This document shows positions 20,049 through 30,756 of a stretch of 64,000 nt of DNA, one piece after another. Position numbers and translations under genes: made by a program. Source of the DNA: Candidatus Poseidoniales archaeon (GTDB taxonomy: Archaea > Thermoplasmatota > Poseidoniia > Poseidoniales > Poseidoniaceae); assembly GCA_038144595.1 (NCBI GenBank), contig JAYQOB010000005.1:13689-77688 (forward strand), written 5' to 3'. The notes beneath the pieces were generated by a model. That model had not been told where the DNA came from. It saw only the letters and a program-made list of their open reading frames with translations, and ran no database searches. The first letter of the stretch is position 1; the number at the start of each line of letters is the position of its first letter.

Positions 20049-22298
20049 ATGTCGGGCGAACACGTCTTGATTTGTGTGGCTTGGCCCTACGCCAACGGGC
20101 CGCTTCATCTCGGCCATGTCGCAGGATGTTATCTTCCACCCGACATCCAGTACAGGTTCGAGCGTGCCATGGGCAACCATGTGCTCATGGTTTCTGGCTC
20201 AGATGAACACGGCACGCCCATCACGGTGACAGCAGAAACACAAGGCATCACGCCACAAGCCGTCGTTGACCAATACCACGAAATGAACCTTAAGGCCCTG
20301 CACGATCTTGGTTGCAGTTGGTCCAACCACCTTGATTCCCGCGGCCCCGAATACGGCGGTGCGTTGTTCAACCGAACCAGTGATCCTGAACACAAGCGCA
20401 TGGTCCAGGAAAATTTCCGAGCGTTGGAAGCCGGCGGCTTCTTTGAGCGCAAGACAACTGAGCAATATTTCGAACTCAACGATGATGGAACGGGGCGATT
20501 TCTTCCCGACCGCTACGTTGAGGGCACCTGCCCAGCATGCAGTGCAGAGGGCGCTCGCGGCGATCAATGCGATGCTTGCGGTGCGACCTACGAGGCGGTT
20601 GAACTCCAGAATCCTGTATCGAAGATGAACCCGTCCGCCACGATCGAAATTCGAGAGACAGACCACCTGTTTTACCGACTTGACCTGTTCCAGGAAGCCC
20701 TGGAACAACATGCCTCCCTTCAGCAATCATCCTGGAAATCCAATGTCAAGGCGATGACCAAACAATGGCTTGACATGGGGCTGCGACCACGTGCCGTCAC
20801 CCGTGATTTGGAATGGGGTATTCCGGTGCCGTTGGAAGGCGATACCTGGGCGGGCAAGTGCATCTACGTTTGGTTTGAAGCGGTTCAAGGGTATTCGACC
20901 TGTGCGCGCATCTGGTCAAAGAAACACGCATCCTCCCTCCCTGATGGCGATGAGACATGGAGGCGATGGTGGTGCATCGATGAAGACGGCACCGCACCTC
21001 GCCATCTGTATTTCCTCGGCAAGGACAACATTCCGTTCCACACGGTCATCTGGCCTGCCCTTCTTCTGGGATTGAACCACGTCCACAAAGGTGGAACGGC
21101 CAGCCAGCCGATTTCTCTCCCGGGCCCTGGTGAATTTGCACTGGAGACGAACGTCCCTGCCATGGAGTACCTCATGCTCGCAGGTGGTCAATTTTCGAAG
21201 TCCCGAAAGCACGCAGTTTGGCTCCCTTCCTTCCTTGAACGCTACGACCCAGATACCTTGCGGTACTACCTCAGCATCAACATGCCAGAAAACCACGACA
21301 CGGATTTCAACTGGCCTGATTTTGTTGAACGCGTGAACAGCGAACTGATTGCGGCGTACGGCAACTTCGTTCACCGAGTGATGACACTCGGCGCTCGCTT
21401 GCCCCACGAATCAGGAGCATCGCCGTTCGCCGACCATGATGGCCATCCGTCCACACACGCCCATCGCACTCATTTGGAGGAAGCACTTGATGAAATCACG
21501 GCGTCCCTCCAGCGACATCGGTACAAAGAAGCTCTTCGAGGCATCATGACCGTTGCGCAATACGGAAACCAAGTTCTTCAAAACGCCGCTCCTTGGAAGC
21601 ATCTCAAGGAACCTCAAGACGGTGCCGAGGAGAGCCTGTCTGCCTTGGCGTTCTGTTGGAGAATTGCACGCTTCTTGGCCATCACGACCCAACCCTTCCT
21701 GCCGACCAGCGCCCAACGGTTGTGGTCTACATTGGGCTACAACGACGATGTTTCCGCTCTGGCATGGAAGGAGGCCGTGAACTGGGAGGCGCCGTTGGAA
21801 TGGTCGGATGAAACGGCCCAGCCGTTGTTCCAACGTTTGGACTTGGAAGAGATTCTCGCTACCGAACAAAACCTCGTGGAAGTGGGCCCTGAATCGGACA
21901 CCGTTCACGGTGTGAAAGGCGGCAAAAAGAAAGGAGGAAAGAAAATGAAAGAAGAAGTTGAAGGCATCACGTACCTCGAATTTGAGGCGTTCATGAAGGT
22001 CAACCTGCGCGTGGGGAAAATCACGAGCGTCGAAGACCACCCCAATGCCGACAAATTGTACGTTGTTCGTCTTGACGATGGGTCCCATGACGGGCGTACG
22101 ATTTGTGCCGGATTGAAGGCATACTATCAGCCTGAGGAAATGGAAGGTAAACTGGTGGTGTTCGTTGAAAACCTCAAACCGCGACCGTTGAGGGGCGTCA
22201 CCTCCGAAGGCATGATGCTTGCCGCAGACGATGGCAGCGATCACGTTCGTCTGGTGACCATTGACGGTGAGATCGTCCCGGGAAGCCAAGTTCGCTGA
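20049..22298 (+). CDS. metG: Methionyl-tRNA synthetase with C-terminal OB-fold tRNA-binding domain
   Basis: WPYANGPLHLGH, GSDEHG, CPAC...CDAC knuckle, GKDNIPFH, FSKS, NLKPRPLRGVTSEGM. Confidence 0.96.
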   Translation: MSGEHVLICVAWPYANGPLHLGHVAGCYLPPDIQYRFERAMGNHVLMVSGSDEHGTPITVTAETQGITPQAVVDQYHEMNLKALHDLGCSWSNHLDSRGPEYGGALFNRTSDPEHKRMVQENFRALEAGGFFERKTTEQYFELNDDGTGRFLPDRYVEGTCPACSAEGARGDQCDACGATYEAVELQNPVSKMNPSATIEIRETDHLFYRLDLFQEALEQHASLQQSSWKSNVKAMTKQWLDMGLRPRAVTRDLEWGIPVPLEGDTWAGKCIYVWFEAVQGYSTCARIWSKKHASSLPDGDETWRRWWCIDEDGTAPRHLYFLGKDNIPFHTVIWPALLLGLNHVHKGGTASQPISLPGPGEFALETNVPAMEYLMLAGGQFSKSRKHAVWLPSFLERYDPDTLRYYLSINMPENHDTDFNWPDFVERVNSELIAAYGNFVHRVMTLGARLPHESGASPFADHDGHPSTHAHRTHLEEALDEITASLQRHRYKEALRGIMTVAQYGNQVLQNAAPWKHLKEPQDGAEESLSALAFCWRIARFLAITTQPFLPTSAQRLWSTLGYNDDVSALAWKEAVNWEAPLEWSDETAQPLFQRLDLEEILATEQNLVEVGPESDTVHGVKGGKKKGGKKMKEEVEGITYLEFEAFMKVNLRVGKITSVEDHPNADKLYVVRLDDGSHDGRTICAGLKAYYQPEEMEGKLVVFVENLKPRPLRGVTSEGMMLAADDGSDHVRLVTIDGEIVPGSQVR

Positions 22299-22928
22299 TC
22301 ATTGACTCATACGCGCTCTGACCGCTTCCATGACCGCTCTTGACTCGATTCGAGTCTGTTCACTGACCGTCGTTGATTTCGCCCTCAATTCTGCTGCCAT
22401 CTCCTCTGGCAGGCTGTCCAAATTGATGTCGACGTTGAACAGTGCACCCTTCGCAGCTGCACTGGCCAACAGGCCTGCCACTCCGACATCCGTGACGGCA
22501 TTTGCATTTCCGCTTCGGGCCAGCGCTGGTAATTTCGTAAGCAAATCCAACGCAAGAGAGGCGGTCTCAAACGGAACTTCAGCCGCTGTGTAGGTGGCGG
22601 CCCGAATATGTGTGCGGCGAACGCCCTTTTCTTCCTCGGTCGATTTTGGCATGGAAAATCCTGCCATCACGCGGTCGAAGGCTTCGCTGTCTTCAGTTGC
22701 AAGTTGATTGGCGCGTTCCATCATCGGGATGGCCAACGATTGGATTTCTTCGGCGATGGCCCATCCCTCGGCCCACTTCTCTTTCCCAAGCGTGAGGTCG
22801 CACACCATGATGGAAAGTGCCGCAGCTTGACCGAGGGCGACGGCTGCAGCCGTCCCTCCCCCAGGTGTAGGCGATGAAGAGGCTAAAGCGGCCTGAAACT
22901 CCCTCAGACTCATCGATGCCCAATTCAC
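22299..22928 (-). CDS. Formiminotetrahydrofolate cyclodeaminase / cyclohydrolase
   Basis: LASSSPTPGGGTAAA, DSEAFDRVM, GNANAVTD, GALFNVDINL; overlaps the formiminotransferase gene. Confidence 0.88.
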   Translation of the reverse strand: MNWASMSLREFQAALASSSPTPGGGTAAAVALGQAAALSIMVCDLTLGKEKWAEGWAIAEEIQSLAIPMMERANQLATEDSEAFDRVMAGFSMPKSTEEEKGVRRTHIRAATYTAAEVPFETASLALDLLTKLPALARSGNANAVTDVGVAGLLASAAAKGALFNVDINLDSLPEEMAAELRAKSTTVSEQTRIESRAVMEAVRARMSQ

Positions 22929-23970
22929 GATTCCACCTCCTGTTCAAGTGCCCATTCAATGATGTGAACGTTTGGATCAAAGTGGTGATGCTGGTTCAAT
23001 CCAAGGCCTTCAACAGCAGCAGAAACCAGATCGTGGTCCGAGGTCGAGGTCGGGGAAAAGAACCGGCCAGCCTCCAACATGGCTTGGAGGGGGACGAGCC
23101 CGACAATCTCGCTACCGCACAAGCTTGTGTCATGGTCCTTCGCTAAACTCTCGCACGTCATGAACGCAAGGTGAAGGGGGCATTTGCCCACGTCCAGGAG
23201 GTTCATGGACACCTGGGAGATGCCCAACTCGTCCACGGGCACGCCCATGCCTTGGACGCGTTCCAACATGCCGTGCGATCGAACTTTTCCGCCACCCTCG
23301 GATTTCAGTAAGCGTCCGCTGCTGCGGACGATGGAACCGATTTTCTTTGCTACGGTAGCGCCTTGTTCATCCACGTTCACGTTGTACGCAACAAGAATGG
23401 AACGTGCACCGACGGTGATGCCGCCGGAGCGAGCAACCGACTCGGTCCATGCCATGGCTCCTGCATCTGGTAGTTTGGTAGCGTCGGCGTGCAATTCATC
23501 GGTTCCGTTGAGCCTTGCCTGCAACCCTTCGTACTCACCACGCCGCAGGTGGGACAGCATCGTTCGCCCTTCGCTGGATGCTGCTGCTCCATAGAGGAAC
23601 AACGGTATGTCAGCCCGTTATGAGAGCCGTTCAACCACCGTTCGTGCCAATCCTGCGCATTCTTCCATCGTGATGTCTGTAGCGGTACAAAGGGGCAAAC
23701 ATCAACGACGCCTAACCTCGGATGTTCCCCCTGATGGTGGCGCATGTCAAGCAGCGAAACACTCGCTTCGATGAGGGCGATGGCGCCTTCGACAACGGCC
23801 TTGGGTGCGCCGGCGAAGGTGATGACCGTGCGATGGTAGTCCGCATCAGGTTCAACACTCAACACGGTACAACCCGGCGTCTGCCTCACCACCTCAACGA
23901 TGGAATTGATTTTCTCAAGGTCCCTCCCTTCTGAGATGTTCGGGACACACTCAACCAGCGGTGAAGTCAT
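22925..23970 (-). CDS. ftcd: Glutamate formiminotransferase; frameshift at ~23678 and in-frame TAA at 23618-23620 (pseudogene or sequence error)
   Basis: VECVPNISEGR, DADYHRTV, HPRLGVVDVCPFVPL, then DITMEEC in a shifted frame; GARSILVAYNVN, QVSMNL, SEIVGLVP. Confidence 0.85.
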
Positions 23971-24014
23971 GGCGTTGGGCCTGAACCTCGGGTCTTTGAA
24001 CCTTGGTGCCTCAC

Positions 24015-25235
24015 TCACGAGTAAAGGGCTTCAGGGGAACTGGTGTTCCTTCCCTGCGAGCGTTTGTTGTCCAAGCGACTCACAGCATCCAGCATGTCTT
24101 GCTGCGTCACTGCAGAGCGTCCGTCGCGGATGGCAATCATGCCCGCTTCGACACAGGTGGCTTTGAGTTCAGCCCCTGAATATCCGGTGGTACGTTCTAC
24201 AATTCGCCCAACGGCGACTTTCTTGGTGTTCATGGAAGCCAAGTGCACCTTGAGGATGGCCTTCCGGGATGCCTCATCGGGAATTGGAATCTCAATCACG
24301 CGATCAAACCGTCCTGGTCTCAACAGCGCATCGTCCAGGATGTCGGGGCGATTCGTCGCCGCGATAATTTTGACATCATGAAGTGCATCGAAACCGTCCA
24401 ATTCAGCCAACAGTTGCATGAGGGTTCGCTGAACTTCTCGGTCGCCAGAGGTTGAACCGTCCAACCGCTTTGCACCAATGGCATCGATTTCGTCAAGGAA
24501 AATCACGCTTGGCGCCTTTTCTTTTGCAAGCGAGAACAGTTCGCGCACCATCCGGCCACCTTCGCCGATGTACTTCTGTGCGAGTTCACTCCCCACCATT
24601 CGAATGAAGGTCGCGTTGGTGTGGTTGGCAACGGCCTTGGCCAGCAGGGTTTTCCCACAGCCAGGGGGACCGACAAGAAGCACGCCTTTGGGCGGTACGA
24701 TGCCGACCTTTTCGAACAACTCGGGCTTCACGAGCGGAAGTTCGATGGCTTCCCGTACGGATTCCACTTGTTCATCCAAACCAGCTACGTCTTCGTAATT
24801 GATGGTTGGCTTTTCCACCATCTCGGCCCCGCTGACCATCGGATCCCATGCTTCATGGAGAAGTTCGACCACCGAAAGACTGTCTTGATTGAGGGCAACC
24901 CTCGTCCCCGGTTTGAGCTTCTCAGGATCCAATCGCTGGTTGAGAGAAACCTGGAACACGGTTCCGTTCGATGAGCGGACAATGGCGCGCTCATGATCGA
25001 GCACGTCTTGGAGGTGGCCGACGATCAGGGGCGGCATCTTGAGAAGATTGACATTCTCGTCCAACCGCTCAATACGCTTCCTCAAGGTGCGCATTTCCGC
25101 TTCCAGAGTGGTGCGTTCATTGATGAGTTGTTGGGTCTCATCTCGAAGGGCAGCATAATCTTCCTCGAGTTTTCGGAGATCGTCATCAGCGGTGCTGGGG
25201 AGGTGCCCATCGTTCCTGTCAACATCTGTACCCAT
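24015..25235 (-). CDS. pan: Proteasome-activating nucleotidase
   Basis: N-terminal coiled coil, PPLIVG, GPPGCGKT, FLDEID, GDREVQRTLMQLL, RPGRFDR, C-terminal HbYX (LYS). Confidence 0.95.
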   Translation of the reverse strand: MGTDVDRNDGHLPSTADDDLRKLEEDYAALRDETQQLINERTTLEAEMRTLRKRIERLDENVNLLKMPPLIVGHLQDVLDHERAIVRSSNGTVFQVSLNQRLDPEKLKPGTRVALNQDSLSVVELLHEAWDPMVSGAEMVEKPTINYEDVAGLDEQVESVREAIELPLVKPELFEKVGIVPPKGVLLVGPPGCGKTLLAKAVANHTNATFIRMVGSELAQKYIGEGGRMVRELFSLAKEKAPSVIFLDEIDAIGAKRLDGSTSGDREVQRTLMQLLAELDGFDALHDVKIIAATNRPDILDDALLRPGRFDRVIEIPIPDEASRKAILKVHLASMNTKKVAVGRIVERTTGYSGAELKATCVEAGMIAIRDGRSAVTQQDMLDAVSRLDNKRSQGRNTSSPEALYS

Positions 25236-25341
25236 GACACTCAGCATGACTATCGGCCGACGCTTCTTAAGAAATTGGATGGATTTCATCTACAAATGCA
25301 TGTCAAAGGGTTCAAAGAGCGTGACCATAGAGTTACATCTG

Positions 25342-25824
25342 ATGGGCGAATGCGAACTTTGTGGCGCCGTGAAGGTCGGTGTGAAACGCGTACGCACCGG
25401 GAAAACTGAGGTCGCGGCATGCAGCCGATGCATTGAGAAAATGAATCTCGCACCAAAATCCGAAGCCCCTGGTATCCAACGGGCTCGCTCCTTTGCCTCC
25501 TCGCCCTCGCCTCGCAAAAAGCGAAACGACATTATGAGTCGGTCGAGCAAGGAGTTGGCGGATGATTTTCACAAGCGGATTGCCCAAGCACGTAATTCAC
25601 GCAATTGGACCCAACAACAACTTGCAAAGAAGATGGCTGAAACCGTGAACATCATCAAGTCCGCCGAATCTGGCAAGCGACCAACCGACAGCGTGATTCG
25701 TAAATTTGAGCAGGTTCTTTCGATCGACTTGATGGTGGAGCGGACGGCCAACGAATCCAGACACATCAATGCAGGACCATCTCGCGGCATGACGTTTGGC
25801 GACTACTTCAACGACCTCCGGTGA
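25342..25824 (+). CDS. mbf1: Multiprotein bridging factor aMBF1
   Basis: N-terminal CELCG...CSRC Zn ribbon, HTH (WTQQQLAKKM...ESGKRP), C-terminal TFGD. Confidence 0.88.
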   Translation: MGECELCGAVKVGVKRVRTGKTEVAACSRCIEKMNLAPKSEAPGIQRARSFASSPSPRKKRNDIMSRSSKELADDFHKRIAQARNSRNWTQQQLAKKMAETVNIIKSAESGKRPTDSVIRKFEQVLSIDLMVERTANESRHINAGPSRGMTFGDYFNDLR

Positions 25825-25828
25825 TGAT

Positions 25829-26385
25829 GTGCGGCCTGTTGCTGTTCATGCATTGTGGCTTGCCCAAGACGACCCGAAAAAGAACACCGCCGTCCTTGCA
25901 TCGAAGCGAGGAAACCTCACACTCCACAAATCCATTCGGTCGCTCCCGAAACGGGGGTGATTCTTGAACCGCTCTGTGGAAAGGTGTTTGGTCCCGAAGA
26001 TCATGAACTGCTGCTTGAACGAGGCGGGGCACTGGTCGGGCTTGATTGCAGTTGGGCGCACATTGAATCGTCCGTACAATCGGTGATGGACAGGACCCGC
26101 CTTCAACCACGGATGCTTCCGCTGTTGCTGGCTGCCAACCCCGTTAATTGGGGAAAACCCGGTCGGTTAACAACGGCCGAAGCCCTTGCGACTGTGCTAT
26201 ACTTGGTTGGACGAAAGGAACAATCGAGAGAGGTGTTGGGGGCTTTTCGGTGGGGTGAACGGTTCTTTGAGCTCAACCAAGAACCCCTCGAGGCGTATGC
26301 AAGAGCACGTTCCAGTGCAGAGTTGGTGAACTTGCAGTTCGAATTCTTTGACATCGAACGCCCGGAACAGGAGGGAGTGGAATGA
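25829..26385 (+). CDS. tsr3: 16S rRNA aminocarboxypropyltransferase; frameshift in the G run 25953-25957
   Basis: The N-terminus ...QDDPKKNTA lies in a different frame from DCSWA and LPLLLAANPVNWGKPGRLTTAEALA; adding one G joins them. Confidence 0.88.
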
Positions 26386-27171
26386 AGAATGTCCGCACGG
26401 TTCCAGTTCACCATCACACGTCGGAGCGACTATCGATCATGGACGAATCCATTGCCGTTGAATCGCTTCTTCGCATCTCCGTCAACGGTTCATCGTTGAC
26501 CAATCTCCTCGGTTCGCCAGAACAAGCAAGGGAGTTGGTGCTTGGACACCTCATGACCCAATACGGGCTACGCCCCCACAATATCAAGTCCATCGCAGTG
26601 ACCCATCGTAAGGGGTCTGTCGACGCCGAGGTCAAAACCGACAATGAACATGATTTGACGCAGCGACCGGGTGTCGTCACCAGTTCGTGCGGAGCGTGTG
26701 ACCTCTCAAACCTGAATGAATTGGTCAAGGACACGCCAGTGGTGACCAACCCCTCTTATGTTTTTGAAATTGAAGCACTGATGGAAACCCTTCACACCAT
26801 GCGCGACCAGCAAACAGGATTCCAACTGACGGGGTGGGATGCACGCAGCCGGCTTGTACGCTGAACACGGAACAAGCCTCGTTGTCATGGAGGACATCGG
26901 TCGCCACAACGCCGTCGACAAAGCGTACGGTGCTTGGTATGAACAATCCCTTGCTCGGCCGAATGTTCTCTTGCTCTCCGGTCGGTGCGGCTGGGACATC
27001 GTCGCAAAAGCAGCGGCGATGGATACGCCCATCGTTGTCAGTTTCGGCGCCGCGTCAAGTTTGGCCATTGAAACTGCGAGGGCGTCCAACATGACCCTCA
27101 TCACCTTCGTGAAGGGAGAGAAAGCCATCATCATTGGACCTGTTGAGGGCCGATTTCATCGCAAGCATTGA
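26382..27171 (+). CDS. fdhD: Formate dehydrogenase accessory sulfurtransferase; frameshift at ~26833
   Basis: SSCGAC; FQLTG|GMHAAGL across the shift; EDIGRHNAVDK, SGRCG, AASSLA. Confidence 0.9.
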
Positions 27172-27208
27172 GAAGTGCAGGGTCGCAGGACCGTTCGGGG
27201 ATGAGTGG

Positions 27209-29500
27209 ATGCGTCAGCCAGCACAAGCCAGGACGCCGACGGATACACATTCGCTGAAACTCAAGCAGCCGAAAACCAAGGCTGCCGGCATCCCTGCGGT
27301 GGTTTCATCATCGGCCCACGGATTGAAAAAAATGGGCGTGGTGAAGACCGTCAAAACCCTCTCAATGGTGAATCAAAAGGAGGGGTTTGACTGCCCGGGG
27401 TGTGCCTGGCCCGACCCTGAACATCGCACGTCGTTCGAGTTTTGCGAAAACGGTGCAAAGGCTGTGGCTGATGAGGCCATGAAAGCCAAGGTGACACCGG
27501 CGTTCTTTGCGAAACATAGCGTCCAAGAACTCGCCAACATGAGCGATTACCAATTGAACATGCAGGGCCGAATCTCCTCTCCCGTTCTTCTCCACGAGGG
27601 GTCATCGCACTACGAGGCCATTGCGTGGGATGATGCATTTACCATGATTGCAGATGCCCTGAAAGCCACATCGTCCCCCGACCGTGCTGTGTTCTACACC
27701 TCCGGGCGTACCAGCAACGAGGCGGCCTTTCTCTACCAGGCATTCGTACGAGCCTATGGAACAAACAACCTTCCGGACTGTTCAAACATGTGCCATGAAT
27801 CAAGTGGGAAGGGCCTCGGGCAGACCATTGGCATCGGGAAGGGAACGGTTACGCTTGATGACTTCAACCACGCTGATGTGATCATGGTCATCGGTCAAAA
27901 TCCGGGCACCAATCACCCGCGTATGCTCACGGCGTTGCGCGATGCCAAACATCGTGGTTCAACCATCATCCATGTCAACCCCCTGGCAGAAGCAGGGCTG
28001 ACCCGATTCAAACATCCCCAGGATTACATGAAAGGGGACATGAAAACCACCACCCTTGCTGATCTTCATCTTCAGGTGAGAGTCGGTGGCGACGCTGCAT
28101 TGATGAAAGGACTCATCAAGTGCCAACTCGAACACGATGCTGTTGATCATGCGTTTATCGCATCCAAAACAGAAGGGTTCGAGTCCATGGTTGAAGCCGC
28201 AGAGCAGACCTCATGGGAACGAATTGTAGCCGATTCCGGCATCTCTGAAGAACAGATCAGAACAGCAGGGCGACTCCTTGCAATGTCGAGTGCCACCATC
28301 GCCTGCTGGGCCATGGGGCTCACCCAACACCGAAACGGCGTTGCAGTCATTCAAGAAGTCGTGAATCTTCTGCTGATGAACGGTCATGTTGGCCGGAAAG
28401 GGGCGGGGTTCTGCCCTGTCCGAGGGCATTCCAACGTCCAGGGTGACCGTACCGTCGGCATATGGGAGGCGCCAACTGAGTCATTTTTAGCTCGATTGGA
28501 ACGGGGGCTCGGCTTTTCCGTCCCCCAACATCACGGTTATGATGTCGTACACGCCATCCAGGCGATGATTGACAACAAGGTCGATGTGTTCTTTTGCATG
28601 GGAGGGAATTTCCTCTCCGCTACCCCCGACACGGATCTGACGGCCAAGGCACTGCGGAACGTTGGATTAACGGTTCAGGTATCGACCAAATTAAACAGAT
28701 CGCACCTCGTTACAGGAAAAAATGCACTCATTCTCCCATGTCTGGGCCGTACAGAACGAGACATCCAAGCCTCCGGCGAACAATTTGTGACCGTTGAAAA
28801 TTCAATGGGCGTCGTTCACCGTTCGACCGGTGGATTGCAACCCGCCTCGCCCGACTTGAGAAGCGAGGCCGCCATCGTTGCATCAATGGCCGAGAAAACA
28901 CTCGGCACAACTCACTTGGAATGGAACAACATGGTGGAGGATTACGACCGCATCCGTGATTTGATGGAAGCATCCCTCAACGGGTTTGACCGATACAACG
29001 AACGCGTTCGACAACCCAATGGGTTCACGTTACCCAATCCACCTCGAGATGAACAGGCGTTTGATACACCAACCAGCAAGGCCGTGTTCACCACGCACAG
29101 CCTGCCAGACGTCCAGTTGACTGATGGTCAATACGTGCTGATGACGCTCAGAAGCCACGATCAGTACAACACCACCATTTACGGACTCCACGACCGGTAC
29201 CGCGGCGTCCATGGCAGACGACGTATCCTTTTCATGAATGCCAACGACATGGTGGAGCGCGGATGGAAGTCTCGCCAGCGCGTGAACATTACAAGCCATT
29301 TTAATGGAGAAACGAGGCATGCTGATGATTGGATGCTGGTTCCATACGATATCCCCTCGGGCAACCTTGCCGCGTATTTCCCAGAGGCCAACTGTCTCGT
29401 GCCGCTTCATTCCACCGCCGATGTATCGAATACACCGACCTCCAAATGGATCGTTTGCACACTGTCTGCTCCCGCTGCCACCTCTTCGGAGGAGGAGTGA
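27209..29500 (+). CDS. FdhF/YdeP-family molybdopterin oxidoreductase
   Basis: GFDCPGCAWP, EFCENGAK, YTSGRTSNE, NNLPDCSNMCHES, RGHSNVQGDRT, RSHDQYNTTIYG. Confidence 0.92.
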   Translation: MRQPAQARTPTDTHSLKLKQPKTKAAGIPAVVSSSAHGLKKMGVVKTVKTLSMVNQKEGFDCPGCAWPDPEHRTSFEFCENGAKAVADEAMKAKVTPAFFAKHSVQELANMSDYQLNMQGRISSPVLLHEGSSHYEAIAWDDAFTMIADALKATSSPDRAVFYTSGRTSNEAAFLYQAFVRAYGTNNLPDCSNMCHESSGKGLGQTIGIGKGTVTLDDFNHADVIMVIGQNPGTNHPRMLTALRDAKHRGSTIIHVNPLAEAGLTRFKHPQDYMKGDMKTTTLADLHLQVRVGGDAALMKGLIKCQLEHDAVDHAFIASKTEGFESMVEAAEQTSWERIVADSGISEEQIRTAGRLLAMSSATIACWAMGLTQHRNGVAVIQEVVNLLLMNGHVGRKGAGFCPVRGHSNVQGDRTVGIWEAPTESFLARLERGLGFSVPQHHGYDVVHAIQAMIDNKVDVFFCMGGNFLSATPDTDLTAKALRNVGLTVQVSTKLNRSHLVTGKNALILPCLGRTERDIQASGEQFVTVENSMGVVHRSTGGLQPASPDLRSEAAIVASMAEKTLGTTHLEWNNMVEDYDRIRDLMEASLNGFDRYNERVRQPNGFTLPNPPRDEQAFDTPTSKAVFTTHSLPDVQLTDGQYVLMTLRSHDQYNTTIYGLHDRYRGVHGRRRILFMNANDMVERGWKSRQRVNITSHFNGETRHADDWMLVPYDIPSGNLAAYFPEANCLVPLHSTADVSNTPTSKWIVCTLSAPAATSSEEE

Positions 29501-30756
29501 TGGCCTCTCGATCCTACGGCCAGTTGATGCGCGAGAATCGTGATTTCCGTCAGTTATGGATCGCCGCCGTCATTTCCATGTTGGGGGAATGGTTCAACAC
29601 CATCGCCCTCTTCTTTTTGATCTTGGAATACACCGGCAGTGAGTTCCTTCTCGGAATGCTCTTTACGGTGCGAATGGCTGGTTTTGCGATCCTTCAACCG
29701 TTTATCGGATTGCTCGCAGACCGATACAACAGAAAGACCCTGATGGTGGTGTCCAACCTTTTACAAGCAGGGTTTGCGTTGTGTTTTCTCCTGGTCAATG
29801 ACTCGAGTGATATCGTTTGGATGATCGGGCTATCGGGCCTGATGATGGTGCTCCATGGCGTCTACATGACGGCTGAACGCGCCGCACTCCCCAACGTTGT
29901 TTCGGAGGAAGATCTCGCCACAGCGAACGCCTTGGATGCAGCATCGTGGTCGACGGCGTTGTGCATTGGTGCGATGTTGGGGGGCGTGGTGGTGTCCATT
30001 TGGGGGACAGATGCCGCTTTTATCGTCGACTCGTTGACGTTTCTGGTCGGCACGTTGTTCTTGGTCAACCTCACCATCCCACAAACGATTGATGCATCTG
30101 TAAAGGGACCTTGGTTGTCCACTGGAATTCAGAACATCAAGTTCGGTTGGAACCGAATCCGTAGTCAGCCTGCCTTGTTTCGAATCGTCTTTGCGAAAGC
30201 CTCCTGGAACGTGGCCGGTGGAGGACTTGCCGGTGTCTACCTCGTGCTCATGGGGGCCGACGTGGATGGATTTGGGGCAGCGTTTGGTTTTGGCTTGTTC
30301 TTCTTTGCACGTGGTGTTGGTACAGGGCTCGGCCCCATCTTGGCACGTGCCTTCTTGAAGGACGAAGAAGCATGGCCATCGCTGGTGGGTTACCTCATCA
30401 TCGTCTCTGGTTTGGTCTATTTCTTGGTCGGCATCAGCGTCTCCCATGCCCTTTGGATCACGGTCCTCTTGGTGATTCTCGCCCACAGCGCGAGCGGTGC
30501 CAATTGGGTGTTGTCCACCGTGATGATGCAACAATGGGTGGAGGACGAGGTACGGGGGAGGGTGTTTTCTGCCGACATGTTGATCCTCTCCGTTGCGTTC
30601 TCGACGTCAACAACGGTGGCTGGCTATTTGATGGAAAACACCGACCTTGGAATTCAAAACGGCATCATGGTGTTCGCTGGCGTGATGGTTCTCTCCGGCA
30701 TGGCCTTCTCCATGTGGCGGCCTGAGGCGCCTTCGCTCACACATCAAGCAGCCTGA
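29500..30756 (+). CDS. MFS transporter
   Basis: About 12 TM; GLLADRYNRK motif A; VRGRVF. Confidence 0.9.
   Translation: MASRSYGQLMRENRDFRQLWIAAVISMLGEWFNTIALFFLILEYTGSEFLLGMLFTVRMAGFAILQPFIGLLADRYNRKTLMVVSNLLQAGFALCFLLVNDSSDIVWMIGLSGLMMVLHGVYMTAERAALPNVVSEEDLATANALDAASWSTALCIGAMLGGVVVSIWGTDAAFIVDSLTFLVGTLFLVNLTIPQTIDASVKGPWLSTGIQNIKFGWNRIRSQPALFRIVFAKASWNVAGGGLAGVYLVLMGADVDGFGAAFGFGLFFFARGVGTGLGPILARAFLKDEEAWPSLVGYLIIVSGLVYFLVGISVSHALWITVLLVILAHSASGANWVLSTVMMQQWVEDEVRGRVFSADMLILSVAFSTSTTVAGYLMENTDLGIQNGIMVFAGVMVLSGMAFSMWRPEAPSLTHQAA

Noticed and set aside
25855-25957. ORF-track N-terminus of tsr3 (MACPRRPE...)
   Set aside because: Wrong frame; the conserved DDPKK motif lies in the frame starting at GTG 25829.
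27209-29500. Selenocysteine formate dehydrogenase
   Set aside because: No in-frame TGA; the motifs are of the Cys-containing YdeP family.
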